From Raillietiella orientalis (lineage: Eukaryota): DNA of 64,000 nucleotides. Shown in pieces: positions 1 through 13,200 of the stretch (within the stretch, counting starts at the first letter, position 1; each line of letters opens with the position of its first letter). Position numbers and translations under genes: made by a program. The stretch spans positions 1,302,001-1,366,000 of the forward strand of contig JAYWIR010000027.1 in NCBI GenBank assembly GCA_036172245.1, given 5' to 3'. The notes below the pieces were generated by a model. The model was not told where the DNA came from and searched no databases. It saw only the letters and a list, made by a program, of their open reading frames with translations.

Positions 1-189
1 TACGCGCTGGCTGGAGAAACGTTTTCGATCCCTCGCCGGCAGTCACCGGGTAACCGCAGTGACCACAACACTGGATGGTGTTTTCACCGAAAGGAACACA
101 CGTGGCCCAGATGGCGCCTCTGGTGGGAGGCACTGCTTCACCGCTCGTAGGAGCATCCATTCATCCTCCGACGCAACCCCCGGTGGGAA

Positions 190-720
190 TGCAGGACGAT
201 GGCCTGCGCCGAAGGGGGGTCACCACATCTTAGGACTCGAGGAATCGCAGGATGAAATTCTCTAGGCTCCAGTCGCACCCTCTCTGCGGCGCACCGAAAG
301 GTCTGGGCAGGTTTCTCCCCGCAGCCTCAGCACCTCCCTTCCCCGCTTGCATGTCCGTCAGCCTCCGCGTCCTCTCTGAGATGCCGATAAGTTCCTCCTG
401 GTTGTGCCTCAGGCGCGGTTATCTCGCGCCGCGACCCTCAGCAACGGGAAGACGAAGGAGGTGGCTCCTCTGCTTTTGTTACGGCCTCTACCGCCGGGGC
501 CTCCAGCTGCCACGATACTGAGGTCTGTGGGAAAAGTCATAGTTGCTACCCGCCCGAGTTCTTTCTCCTGTGCTTCTGACGAAGAAGGCAGTGGTCCTCC
601 TCAGATGGGGGATGCACAGGGAAATGATCCCTTCCTCCATGAGGTATTCAGCACCTCCTCCAGTCCTGGACCCGCGTGTGCCGGGGAAGCATACGGAGCT
701 AAATCTCCCCCTCCCCTTGC
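190..720 (-). mobile_element. Heavily decayed L1/Tx1-like ORF2 relic (RT N-terminal region)
   Basis: Minus-strand peptide GPGLEEVLNTSWRKGSFP resembles the L1 RT domain-0 pattern (P-LLEVFN---G-LP); boundaries approximate. Confidence 0.35.
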
Positions 721-740
721 GCTTCGTGCATGCTGAAAGA

Positions 741-768
741 GGGAGGGAGGGAGGGAGGGAGGGAGGGA
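741..768. repeat. (GGGA)7 microsatellite with G-quadruplex potential
   Basis: Read directly from the sequence. Confidence 0.9.
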
Positions 769-3700
769 GCCAGCTTTGAGCTGCGCACCCGAACCCGTCT
801 CCACGTGCCCAGATGGCGGGGCCGAAAACCTTGGACTAGTTTCTCACGCAGAGGAACGCGTCCGACTCCACTCGGGGGCGCTGGCAGCCCGCCACACGAG
901 GAAGTCCGTGGAAGCCCTGTGGCAACGCAAGACGGCCCTATCTCGTAGGAAAGTCTGAGCAGGGAGCGCTCTGTGGTCTGACGGATGGAGCTGTGATGAG
1001 TGCGGGGCTGCTGAGGAGGAAACGCCTCTTCCTCTTTTTTTCAGCAGGGAGTGGGGGTCGATGGTCGTGGGTCCAGGGACGGAGGAGTCCTTCGGGAGCT
1101 TGGCGATCTCCTGGCTGCGCACGGACCTGAGACGCTGATGGTTGCATCCGCCATGCAGCTCAGCGGTGGTGTCCGCCAGCCCCTCCAGCTGCAGCATCTT
1201 GGCCGGTGGGAGTGGATCCACGGCACGCACTGTGGTCATCCAGCAACATTTCGTGGACCTTCGACATCGCCCGACGGAGGTGTGGATGTCACCGCGCAGA
1301 TGGCGCGCTTGCCGCTTTGCTGGTTGGAAGGCGCTCTCTGCTGAAGAGCGCGTGTGGACGGGTGGAGGGAACCCTGCCTCTCAATGCCCTCACCTGATGA
1401 GGCCCAGGATTCCACCTCCCGATGTGAGTGTGGGTCCTCCTCCAATGGGCCATCAGGGGAGGATGGTGGCGAGGAATTCCTGAGCTGGCCCTCGGTCACT
1501 GCGCTCTCAGTGGGATCGGATTGCTGGGCGGAAGCGACGGACTGGCGGCCTGGACCCAGGAGGGCTGCTCGGGAGGAGCAGGGAGGTGTTGGTGCGTGGA
1601 GGATGGAGCTCTCCATCCACATGGGACTGAGGGTGGCTCGGCCCCGCCTCGCTCCCTTGTGACGATTTGGGAGTCTCGTGTGTCAGCCGCTCCCCCTCCC
1701 GGAGCTCTTCGACCACTCTCTGGAAGTCTGCGCTCTCCCCTGGTCACTCTGCCTCTCACCGGAGCCCGCGGAGCCGCGGCCGGCCCCTCGCACCCGCCTC
1801 GCGTGGACGCGCGGAGGGGGATGAAGGGCCCGCCACCGGCGTTCCCCGACACCTCCCGGTTCCTCCCGAGTAGCCTTCTTGGGATCCGTCGCCTGGCCGC
1901 CTTCGCCGCCATCCGCGCTCGCTGGATGCCGTCTCTGGCAGTCGTTGTCGCTAGGGCAGACAGGGCGTCCGAGGCAGGCGTCTCCCCGCCTCGGACACCC
2001 TCCTCCAAAGAGGTCTCCACTTTTAGGGACGTAGTTCGAGGCGCTTCAGAGGTCTTCTTGATCGAACGGTCGCCGCTGCCTGCAGAGATGCCGGAATCGT
2101 CTCGGGCCGGCCCTCGAATGTCCGAATGGCGAATCTAGACCCTTGCCGTTTAGGGGGGCGGTCTTGGTCACGGGGTTTGGCGGAAGTCCCGGAGGTGCCA
2201 GCTGGACGCTGAAAGACGCCACCGCAATCTTCGTCGAGGCGACCTGCGCAGCCTCCCCTCGAATTCCCGGCCCTTGCAGAGTGTTCGCCGTTTCCTGGAA
2301 CCCCAGCGACTGAATAGCGAGCTCGCGAGCTGACCCGACGCGGTGGCGGTGATCGAGGTGATCGGGAGATCCTCTGCCAGCCCCTCTTCCGGGATCTCTC
2401 CGTCCCGGCGCGTACCGCTCCGCGCGTACCCCGGAAAGGAGTCCGGGGTACGCATTGCCCGGACCGACTGCGCCTCCCCCGCCTCGCGAGCGCACCTGTG
2501 CGGAGCGGCGGGCAAGCAGGACGAGCGGGCGAACCTGCGCCGCTTCCGGGAAGAGGGAAGCATTGCGCGCGTTTGTCACGGACAGCCAACGATCCGCGCA
2601 CCTCTGAACCGAAAGGGGGGAAAGGGCCAGTCGGTCCAAGGGGTGCCGCGCACCTGCGGTTGCTCTGGAAACAAAGGAGGCTCGCCGGACACCTCGCTCG
2701 CGATCGGCACCTCGCCGGAGGGGCACGATGGGCCGCCGAACCAGCAGCTGGGGGTCATCAGAGAAAAGAGCAGCGAATCGACTGCCCCTTTGTCACCCGC
2801 GAGGCCCGGCTATCCCTTTTCCCGTGAAAGAGGGTCTCCGTCTTCCCCGCCCATCGCGTCCGGCAGGACCGAGGCCGCGGACACCTCCGGCTGGCTGCAC
2901 CCAGGACGGAGGCCGAAGACCCGAACTCTTCCCGGAGCCCCGAACCATCCTCCGAGAGCGGGGCGAGAACAAGGAACGGAGCTTCCGAGAGGCGAGATGG
3001 GTGGGGGGGTTATGGAGCCATGACAACCGAAACCGTTTCGGCAAGATGCGTTCCAAGAAGGGCAAAGGGAGCACGGGCTCGGGTAAGCTGGTGAGCGCGC
3101 GCATGGTGTCGCAGGAAACGTCCGAGATGCAGTCAATTTGCTGACACTTTGGCTGCTGTTGCCTACTCCGAATCTCCTAGGAGACGCAGACACCTCCACT
3201 CTAAACCCGAAGCGGCAGGACTGGTCTTCACAGTCGCCGTATTGGGGCGCCTCATGACAACACTCTCCGGCACCTTTGCCACCCGGTGACACGAAGCGTT
3301 TGTTTCCCCCAAGGAGGCAGAAGAATGGGCCGGCAAAGTAGAGCATGAATCCTGCGAGTCACTTCGAACCCACGAAGAGGAGGAACGAAGCACCGACTGG
3401 CAGGCCGACTGCGAGGGATGAGAGGAGGGGGCACAGTAAATAAGGGAATAAGTAATGGAGAGAGGAACTGGGACCACCCATCGCTCCCTCTGCAGCCTGC
3501 CTGCGATGCAAGACGTTCCTCCCCCGCGCCTCTGGCGGAAGTAGACATCTTGACCTCGTCTCCGAGGAGGCGGTTAAGCATGGTCTTCAGTCCTTGCAGG
3601 CGCGCTTTCTGCGCACGTGGGGAAGCCGCAATCCTCCTATCGCAGCGCAGGGCCGGAAGGGGCGGGTCGGCGGCAGGCGAAAGCCCCTTTGAGCGCGTAA

Positions 3701-4589
3701 CAGTGACTGCCGCGGAAGCTCCTCGGAGGTGACCCCTAGGGTAAGGCAGGGAGCTTGCGAGGCGTCTCCGAACTCTCCCGAGGTGCCGCCGCATTCCGGA
3801 GCCGTGCCTACCCCGCAACTGGCGTAGGTAGGGGGTTCGCCCTCTATCCCCCCGCGCCGGAGGACGCCTCCGATTCTCCTCTTCGCACGGGGCGAGCGGG
3901 ACACCGCCTACCGGCAGCTGCCGAAGTCCTTCGCCTCCTACGGCCGGGCCCGGCGAACCGCGGGCGACAACTGGAAGGAAGCCGGGAAGACATCCCCGAG
4001 CGGGTCGCTCCTAGCAGCCTCCCTCCGAGCGCAAGCGCCTGTGGCAGCAGCTCCGGAGGTCAAACCCTCCTGAGAACAAAGGGTTTTCCTCCCAGGGAGG
4101 ACTCCCCGACGTGACCGGGCGCAAACAGGGAAGCTTCCCGAGAAGATTGAGCGAAGATGGGGAGCGAGGAGGTGTTCTCGCCTCGGAGTAACGAGTAGCG
4201 TGTCGCGAACGTCTCCGCTCGATGGCTCTGGGATGCACCCGGGAAGCTGCGCGGTGGAGGGCGAGCGAGGGGAATGGCCCGACCTTCCGCATCCCACGGG
4301 CTGATGTCCCACGTGGAATGAGACGGAGGTGAGAAGGAAAGATGACCAACGAGCAGGGAGTCGGACAGCCGGGGAGCGCCAGACGCGCCGCCGAGAGGAG
4401 CGTACTCGTGGGCAGAGGAAGGAGATCCCGGGAAGGGGGGGCGCTGCGTGCTGCAGTACCCGGGAATCCGGGACGCCTGTTAGCGAAGGATCGATGGACC
4501 CACCCTCCCCACTTCTTGCAAGGTGCAGATCGTTTGGTCGGAGAAGCGTTCCCAAAGGAGCTGGGGGGCAACACAATCCATAAGCACAT

Positions 4590-4830
4590 GCGAGAGGAAC
4601 TCTTTTTCCCCGCACCTGCTGCAGCTCCCCCTTCCCCCCCCTTTTGTACCCTAGGTGCAGTGATGTCGGCGGACGTTGCACGGGAGGCCTCAGTGTAACA
4701 GCAGAAGTGCCGACTCCCCCACTTGTGAAGGGGAAGGGCGTGGTTTACCGGAGCGCTGGGGGCCAATCGAGATCTTCACGAGAGACTCCCAGCAGCTCAC
4801 CCCGGCGCAAAATCCCTTCCGGTCTTTCAC
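4590..4830 (-). mobile_element. Tx1-like ORF2 C-terminal fragment
   Basis: Nucleotide similarity to 37890-38095 (cagcagaagtgc(c/t)gactcc; cccagcagctcacc); encodes ESALLLH*GLPCNV. Confidence 0.7.
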
Positions 4831-4889
4831 CTGAATCTGCTGGGGAGGGAGGGCATTCACCATGAGAACAATGAATTTACATTTTTGTG

Positions 4890-5830
4890 GTTGACATCGT
4901 TGCCCACGTCCTTAAAGAAAAAGAGGGGAAAAAAAACTGGTTGAACCCTCCAACTTCCCGGTTCACACATCGACGACATCCGCTACGACAGCGAGGGGGA
5001 AGGGATGAACCCCAGAACAAAAGCAAGCAAATGGGAAAAAAAGGAGGCGGGAAAGTTTTTCTGGGAAAAGGGGGGAGAGGAAAAGATCCCTGCTCGCTGC
5101 CAGGAGTTCCCTGCATCCTACCCGGGATGCCGGCAAGTTCGTTCCGTATGCTGCCCAGGTGGGGTCATCTCGTGGGACGACCCTCAAGAATATTCCCGAC
5201 CAGCGGATGGAGTCCCTTCCATACCGGCATCTTCTCTCAGCGTTCCAGGCCGCTGCCATCCCGCAAAGGCGGCGGAGGAACCGCGAGGCACGCAGGTGAC
5301 AGCGGCGCAGCACACACGAAGACCCCGCGTTTCAAAATGTTCCTGAGGCCTCCCAGCGGGATTCCAGGGGTTGGAGGGCAGCACAGTAGATGAAGGCAGG
5401 TGCACAGCTGCCCCACCCCACAGATGCTCTCCCCGGGGTCCAGTGGTCAAAACACACTCTGCACGGGGTTCCCCGATGCAAGAACAGCAGTGCCGACTCC
5501 CGCCACTCGAGGGGGAGGGCACCACTGTTCCAGCATGAAGAGGTCCCCTTCTGGTCCTCCGGAGGGATCGCGAGCTCCCTCCCTAGCGTAAAAGTCCTTT
5601 CGGCAGGCGACTTGGGGTCTGTAAGCTGACCCGTGGTGCAGCCATCCAACGCTTTCCTTCTGGACAGCAGGTCGCAAATGACCTCCCTTCTTGCCGACTG
5701 CCAATCTGTTGCCTCGAGGAGGGCAGTGCCCGAGTCCAGGGAGGTTCCTTCCGCCCACGCTCTCCTCGTGGGATGCACAAAGATCTACTGGATCACACCT
5801 ACTCTCCCTGGGGGCGATCTTACTGGGGCG
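4890..5830 (-). mobile_element. 5'-truncated, decayed Tx1-like copy A (ORF2 C-terminus plus 3' UTR)
   Basis: RAWAEGTSL..WNSGALPLEWRESALLFLHRGTPC (ORF 5332..5778); shares ctgcatcc..ggatgccggcaagttc with the other copies; degenerate terminus tgtcaacc. Confidence 0.8.
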
Positions 5831-7409
5831 AGCGACCGCTGCAGGATGAGCACATCAAGCGCTGTGATGACCCCATGTCCGGCTCTTGGATCTTCTCCCA
5901 CGTGAGAGCCAAGGAGTTGACTCCAAGCCCGGGCGGCTCCAGAGGCTCCATTCACGCCCGGGCGGGCTGAGAGAGGGCGAGGGGGCTCCGCACGGCTCGA
6001 AGTCTCGAGGCATCGGAACGGCGGCACCGTGGAACGCGCATCCCAGGTCCCGAAGTGCTGAGTCACTCTCCGCAGACGGGAAACCGCGGTTCGCAGGTCG
6101 GTGAGGAAGGGGCGTTGGCGATCTGCGAGTTGCCACCGCTGTCCCCTCAATTTGGCGGTCTTCCAGAGGGTCACCGGCGGGACCACAGCGCCGTTCGTTG
6201 CGAGGAGAGGTTCGCAGACAGCGACGCGAGAAAAGAGGCGGGCTGATGTCATAGAGGGGGGATTGGGGGAGGGGCGTAGCCGAGCGGCAAGTTCCGAAGC
6301 GTTGGCTCTAGGGAAGAGCACAAAGGGAAGACTAGTGGAAGAGTCTTGTGGCTTCTCTGCGACCCGCGAGGCACCCAGAGGGACTCCTCCTCTCGGGAAG
6401 GTGTCTGTCTGTCGGCCCGACAACACGCGTACACGTGTTCCCGCGCACAAAAGTCAAAGACGGGAAAACAAATGGAAGGGGTCTGCATTGTACGGCGCGC
6501 CCTGAGGTCACCCCCGCATGATTTACTTGAGCGATGACCTTCCGTTGCCTTCAAAATAAGGGGCCGAGAGCAAAGGCGGTCTCCGAGTGAGCCCTGGGCC
6601 CACGCAGGGGCGCCGCGCTCTCCAGAGACGGAGGAGCGGGCGGTAAAACGGAAAAAAATGGGGGGAAGGGGTAACGGAATACGGGATGACTCGCCCGGAG
6701 CATCAAAGAAGCGTGGCTGCAACGAGTCGGGACCCCCGATGCTCCGCCGGAGGGCTGTTCGGAGGAGCAAGAGGTGAGACCCCTCGGCCACGCCGCCCGA
6801 CTCGAGGGGACGAAGGCCGTGGAGGCGGCGATCGGCGTAGGGGACCTTCGGTCAACCCGGACGATGGAACCGCGACCGCGGGCGAGGCGATCCGCTGGAG
6901 GCCCCCCGCCGCGGGGCCGGAAGGCGGAGCTGCCGAGCACTACTCCCGCCTCGAAAGTCCGGGCGAGCCCCCGGCGCGAAGCTGCGCGCGCGCGGCGAGG
7001 CGCAAGACCGCGGCGGACGGCGGAAGAGTTCGAAACGCGCTCGCGCGAGAATCCGCGCCGCCATGGCAACGCTGGGGATCCCGCCGTTCGAACCGTCTTC
7101 TCCTGGTCTCTCCGGAAGGGACCCACTTGAGTGGGGGGTGACTCCTCGAGTCGGTCCCAGGGGTGTCCGGAGAGGGCGGCGGGGCAGATTGTGGGCTGCA
7201 CGAGAAGGCTGGAGCGACGAGCGGGAAGGGATGCGTGCGCGCCCCAGTACGGCTGCCCCACACCTCCTGGAACGTAAGTCCTTCCCTAGCAACGGGGCCG
7301 CCTCCCTGCACTCTTCATCATGGAGGCTGGTGGGAACTGGCTCGGGCAGCTCACCGAGTGCTAAAGAACCGTCCATCTCTTTGGGTTGGGAGGGTCACGA
7401 GGCTTTTTG

Positions 7410-7880
7410 ACGCTATCCATGTCACCCGAGGGTGCGTGTGCTTCGCTTCAAGTCATAAGAGGTACCTCAGAAGGACCACCCTACGAATCCAGGAATGCTC
7501 CGGAGGAAGGAGTTCATTCTTCTTGCGCTTGGGAGGGAACTCCGAAGGGAATTAATTCTTCCTTGTTGTCTCCGGACGGACCTATTGGAGGGGGGTTCAC
7601 TCCTCATTTCTTCTCAGGAGTGATCCTCACAAAGGATCCGCTCCTGGTTTCCTCCTCTGGGGAGAGCCCCGAAGTGACGCTCCCAAATTTCTCTGAAGGG
7701 TCACTCCCCGAAGGGAGCAGCGCACCTCTTCACACCCTGGAGAGATGTTGATCCACCAGCTGCATGATATGAGGTAGACTGCTCCACCTTCACAACCGGA
7801 GTGGAACCCTGAAGGGCTCCGTGATGTTTAGGAAGGACTCCGGAGGAAGATCAACTTCCAGCCCCGCCAGTCCACGGGGG
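7410..7880 (+). repeat. Unclassified interspersed repeat, copy 1 of 3
   Basis: Aligns with 27425-27855 and 57745-58025 (ggaccaccctacgaatc, aaaggatccgctcct, ggaaccctgaaggg). Strand is arbitrary. Confidence 0.8.
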
Positions 7881-10108
7881 CTTCACCGGTGGCGCACCCG
7901 AAGCCTCCAAGTCAACCAGCGTCACCCTGCGGGAGGAAAGGGAGGTGTACCGTCCTCGGCGTCGACCCTCACTTCCCCTGATAGGATTCGAACCCGCGAC
8001 AGTTGGTGCCGCGCATCTCAGGGGTCACGCCGCAAGGAAGAAAGGCCTCCGCCATCTGTTTTTGCGGCGGCTCGAGAGCTCGGTCTTACTCCTCCTCCCA
8101 TGGGGATCCCCCACGGAGAGTGACCCGTGCTAAAGGGGGAGAGGAAAGGCATGCCACCCCCTCGTAGGAGCTCTTTGACAGTCCTTAAGACCTTAAGACC
8201 AGTTGGTCCTTTCCCGGCCTACTTTCACGGGTCCCGCAAGCCCGAGGCGGCCGGGCTTCGCAACGGATCTTGGAAGCGGTCGTTCCCGGGTGTGCCCTCC
8301 CCCGGAGAGCGCGGGTCGTGAGCAGCCAAGAGCACCGGTGACGAGAAGGGACACGGCGCATGGCGCGCCACGACGGCGGCAACAGGAAGCGGTGAGCTGG
8401 CAAGAGAGAGAGAGAAAGGGAAAGGCGGGAAAGAGAGGAGGAGGAGGAGGGGGGAGATCGGAACGACGGACAGAGCAGCGGGCGGCGCTCCCCCCCTCCT
8501 CCTCCAGCGAGCAGCTTGCGGAAAAAACGCGCGCCGCCGTCGTCCTGCTTTTCCGAGAACCGAAAGTGAGACGGAATTCCGCGTTGCATTTTCCCGGATG
8601 CCTCGGCGGCGGTGGCGGCGCCTCCCGCCGTTCTGATTGGCCGGCCCGCGAGCCATCACGTCGCTGCTCGCGGGCCGCCGTTTCTCGGATCCAAGAATGC
8701 GCGCGCGCGCTCTCGCTCACAAAACCGAAAAGAGCGGCACCCCCGCCCTCAGTGTGTGGAGCGATCGGGCATGGCGTTGCTCCGCGCCGGGTTGGCTCGA
8801 GCGAGCAGAGGCTGACCCGGAGGTCAGGCACGATAGGCCACGGCGCCGCGTCCCCTCCCCCCACCTCCCACCCCAACCACACTGCAGCTGTGCGACCAGG
8901 AAGTTAAGAGAGACATGCAGTGCTGCGCCACCTGCCGGAGCTACTGAGGGGCAATCGAAAAAGGTCGGTAGGGGCCCTCCCAGAGAACGGGGGTCCCTTT
9001 CTCAGTCGCGCGCGAAGGGACTTTCCCCCTCCCCGTCCCGCCCGAATATCCCTGGCCCCAGCGTTCCCGTTTGCGTGCACCGGCGCGCGCGGCAGACGAC
9101 GAGGTTCCGACCCGTTTTGGCCCCGGCCGGAAGTGCCCGCGTGCGGGGCTCGTGAGCGCCCGCTTGACCCCTTTCGCAGCCCTTCTCACGCGATAAGACC
9201 CGCATCACAGGGGTGCCAGGCACTAGAGGTCTCCGCTCTCTGGGAACGCCGGGCCACTGGAGAAGGGGGGGGGGGGCAACCTCTCCAGCGAAACCAGGAA
9301 AGCCCAAGAGTTCGGGATAAGCACCTCGGAGCAGGAGAGGATGCGCGGTTGCCTCTACCCCTTGGTGCGGAGCGCTCCATCCGCCCGCCCTGCCCCAGGA
9401 CCTCACGCTCCTCCATCGGCGATTCCACTGGGACGCCGCCCAACCGAAAAGCAATCTCTCCGGTTCCGTTGGAGGCCGCGTGGCGGCCGTCACGTGATGG
9501 AAGCGCCCGGAGATCGGCGCTTCCTTCCCGACAACCGCCGCACCCAGGCGGGCGCGAGCGCTTTCCCGCGGCTGAGGATGCGGGTCGCCTCCTCTCTCTG
9601 TATGCCAGCTCCCCGGCATCCGTTCCTCCTCCTCTTCCTGATTCCCATTCCTCCTCTTTCTCTTTTGCCATCTCTTGCCTTCCTGCTCCTCTTCCTCCCT
9701 ATTCCCCTTCCAATTCTTGTTCATCTTCCTCCTTTCTTCCTCTTTCTCCTTTGCTCTTCCTCCCTTTTTCCCTTCCTTCTGTTCCTTTCCTCTTCCTCTT
9801 CTTCCCCTTCCCACTCCCCAATGCACGGGCTCCACCGGTGAGTTTCGGACTACACCTCAGGGTCGTTTCCCTCTTAAACCCCATGCCGTCTGCTTCGCAT
9901 GGGAAGTCCCTGCGCTTTCCCGGATATCCCGCGATTCTTCGGCCGAAAGTGAGGCTCCCCGTGCTGCCGCAAGCGCCGGACATCCCAGATCTTTCCCCGT
10001 GCTGTTGCTCACGGACTTCCGCCCTCTTTGAGAGAGACGGCGAGGAAGGAGCTGAAGAAAGAATGGAAAATCCTGAGGTCTGAGCGCGTTCGTTCCAGGT
10101 GTTCCGTG

Positions 10109-10297
10109 ATGCTGAAGCATGCCGTCTTCCCCCCAAGCAGGAGCCCTTGCTACTCGATCTCCTCCACCAACAGCAGAGACTCCATGGACACCGACAGCGC
10201 TCCCTCGAGCCTGATGTCCCTCTCTTCGCACTCGTCGAGCAGCGCCAGCCTCGCCGAGTCGTCGACGTCGGCATCCTGCGGGACGTCGGACAGCAAG
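10109..10297 (+). CDS. rau: rau-like coding exon 1 (Ser-rich N-terminus)
   Basis: ATG at 10109 follows acceptor-like cgttccag (ends 10098); donor aag|gtaggg; 63 codons, phase 0. Confidence 0.8.
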
Positions 10298-13200
10298 GTA
10301 GGGAGGATGCGATCGCGGAGGGAAAGAGGGTCCGGGAGCAGGAGGAAGACGGGGGGGTGGCTGCTCGCCTCCTCCGACCCCCTCCCAACCCTTCCTGGCG
10401 TGCCGTCCGCGGCCGCGGCCAGTGGATCCGAAAAAAGGCAAACCAAGCGCTCTCGTCCGCGCGCGAAGAGGCGAACCAGGGCAACGCCACGCGGCGAGCG
10501 CGGCAAAAAAACACAAAACTGTCGAGAAAGGGAAAAGACGAGAAAAAAGAAAAGCAAAAGTCAAGGAAGGGAGGTGGGGGGAGAGAGAGACCTGGTGGCG
10601 TCTCCTCTGTGCGTGCGACGCCGCCCGCATAACCGTCGTCCCGCCAGACGCGCGTGACACGCGGTCGCGACGTCATTCCGCAATCAGCCGGACCCGGCAG
10701 AGGAAACGCTTCTGGTGGAAAACGCGTTTGCCACGGAAACGAGCGAGCGTGCGGGGGAGGGGAGGAAGAAGGAGGGCGTTTGGAGTTGACGCGCCTCTCC
10801 TCGCCTTCTCACCTTCTTTCCCTCCCCCCCCTCCTCCCGTTCCTCTTCGTTCGTCCATCGCGCATGTCCCCGAGTGCAGTCCGGAGGGCAGAGGCGGGGG
10901 CGCAGGAGGGGGAAGCTGGTCGCCTGGTTTCTCTCTCCCCTGTGGGCAGCAAATGGCGTGGCCCACCGACACCCGCGGAGGTCCATTGGTCCCCCCATGA
11001 AGACGGGCGTCTCCCACCTGAGTGACGTTGAACCGGATGCTGATCCAGGCCGCGCCTTCTCTTCCACCCTTCCTCCCTTTTTCCCTCCCAACTCTTTCTC
11101 CCGCTCTCATGCCCCCAGGTCGGGCGAGGGGTCAATCTCCACTTGGAATCCGGAAGAGATGTCCCCGGGAGCCGCCAGGGAAGGAAGGATCTAGGAAACG
11201 GATCGGCCCTCCATTCATGTCGTTGCACCCTTTCACTTCCGTCCCTCTCCTGGCGCCATCTACCGCGGGTCACTCATTTCCCCGAAGGAGCTCCCCTTCC
11301 GACTCCCTGAACGTTCACCGCCTCCGTGAAACTTTTTGTGAACGGCGCCTGACCGACAGGGTGAGCCTATCAACCTGGAGGGTAGGGAAGTCCCCAGGGA
11401 CCTAAGTTTCCATGAATCGATACTCTCTTCCTCCTCTTAAATCGAGAGGTTCAGGGTGTTTTCTCTTGGGAGATAAGTGCTTTCCTCGCAACGTCCCTCC
11501 CCTTCGCCAACCTGGACTGAAGTCCTCGGCTCCGCAGCAGACAGGGCGCTGTCCCCGGAAGAGCGAGACTCGTTTTGTGCCCTGCGGGCAGGAGGGAGTT
11601 CTATTTGCTTCCTCTGTCCTCGAATGGTACTTTGGAGGATGCCGGCATTCACACGCCATGCCCCTCGCGTGTATCCCACGGACCGCTCTTCGTAGGGAGA
11701 GGTGTCCTCTCTACCGGTGCTGCCTCTCCCGAACCCGGGTGCGATGCGTACGACAGTAACCTCGCGTGCAAAGGAGCAGTTCCGAAGACATGAGTGCTGA
11801 GAACCAGAAGCCGTCGCTTCTTCCTTTGTTCCTCCCTGTGACTGCTGTTACTGCTGAGATGTGCCACGAAGATCACTTCTGGTCCTTTCTTCCCACGAAG
11901 CTCCAGAAGCATGAAGCCTCCGTCGAGAAGCTGAAGAGGGAGGTGGGTAGCAGACCGACCCCTTCCCGTGCTCCATCATTCACCCGACCATCATTGGTGC
12001 GAAATCGAGCAACCTGGAGAGTCCGGTGGTCTTTCAATCAGACAGTGTTGCCACCTTTATTCAGAGAAAGGAAAACAAGAGTTATCCCCTGTCAGTGCCC
12101 TTAAGATGCCCTCGAGTGAACCAAGAAAAAAAAATAAACTGCAACATCCCTCTCATACCTATCCGGTATCCTGTACTTTGAGCTCAACCGCCCCCCGCTC
12201 CCCCCCCCCTTCCTGTTTTCACCGACTTCTCGGTTTCCATTTCATGCCTTCTGGTGGAGATAAAGATCATCCGAGTGGCGGCATGTGAAAAAAATCAAAT
12301 CTGCCGCGATTGGACTGTTCAAAAGCGTAATTTGATTATTCTTTCGCGTCGCACTGCGCAGCTTTGCACCGCGCAGTGCAGCGCGGAGCTGCCGCGGAGC
12401 CTTAGTCGCAGGCTACGCGGCAGCAAACTCGAACCGAATGAAAGCAGCACGACCACAAAACGCTCGGAGAGATCACGCAACAATCGCTGGGATTTCCCGC
12501 GTTCTCATCAACAACGAGAAGCCGGTCGCGACAGGATGCACAACAATCGATGGGGTATCCCGAGTTCCCGTCAACAATGAGGAGCAGGATGCATCACAAT
12601 GGCATGATATGCATAGTGCGATCTATAGGCAATTCGGTATCGCCGCCAGGCGTGCGGAAATCGCGCACGCTTCCGCACATTTGGGTAAAGGCTGCCTTTA
12701 CCGGAAAGAACTTGCAAGCGCAGACGAATCCACAGTCTGCGAGGATATCTGGTTCGCCTTCATGCTCCAGAGAGTCTCGTTTTCCACCGTTTTAAGTTCG
12801 GGATTCATGATCATGCATAAAGGTCATGCATCATGCAATGCCCTAAGGTCTTAGGCATCTCAAAAGGCCTATTTTGGAAAAAAGTCGAAATGGCGCGATT
12901 CTCAAGACGAAAGGCACGTTTCCGGGGTTTCATTCCGCACTGTAGACCGATCCCGCACCAGAAGCCAGGAGATCCGGTCTGCGAGCTCTCCCTAAAAGCG
13001 TCCGTGTATAGTCGAAAACACCGTCAAACTCTTCCTTAGCCTGGAGGTTTCGCGACACCACCGTGGCCGGCTGCCTCACGGGATCCGATCACAGGAGTTA
13101 GGCGAAAAGGATTTGCGCCATTCCTTCTTACTCGAGCTGAGTGTTTCGTCTTGCTCTCTCCGCGAGCAAGATCCCGTCCCTCCTTGCAGTTCCTTCTCGA

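Noticed and set aside
1394..1440. CTGATGAG hammerhead-ribozyme core (also near 60080 and 63685)
   Set aside because: No stem II followed by GAAA and no closing stems.
7975..8055. tRNA or SINE head (B-box GGTTCGAATCC on the minus strand at 7984-7994)
   Set aside because: No cloverleaf, only a poor A-box, and not present at the other copies of the adjacent repeat.
8920..10676. Long ORFs 8920..10083 (+), 9002..9835 (-) and 9699..10676 (-), and similar Arg/Pro/Gly/Ala-rich ORFs across the window
   Set aside because: Expected shadow ORFs in GC-rich, low-complexity DNA; no domain motifs, and many use non-ATG starts.
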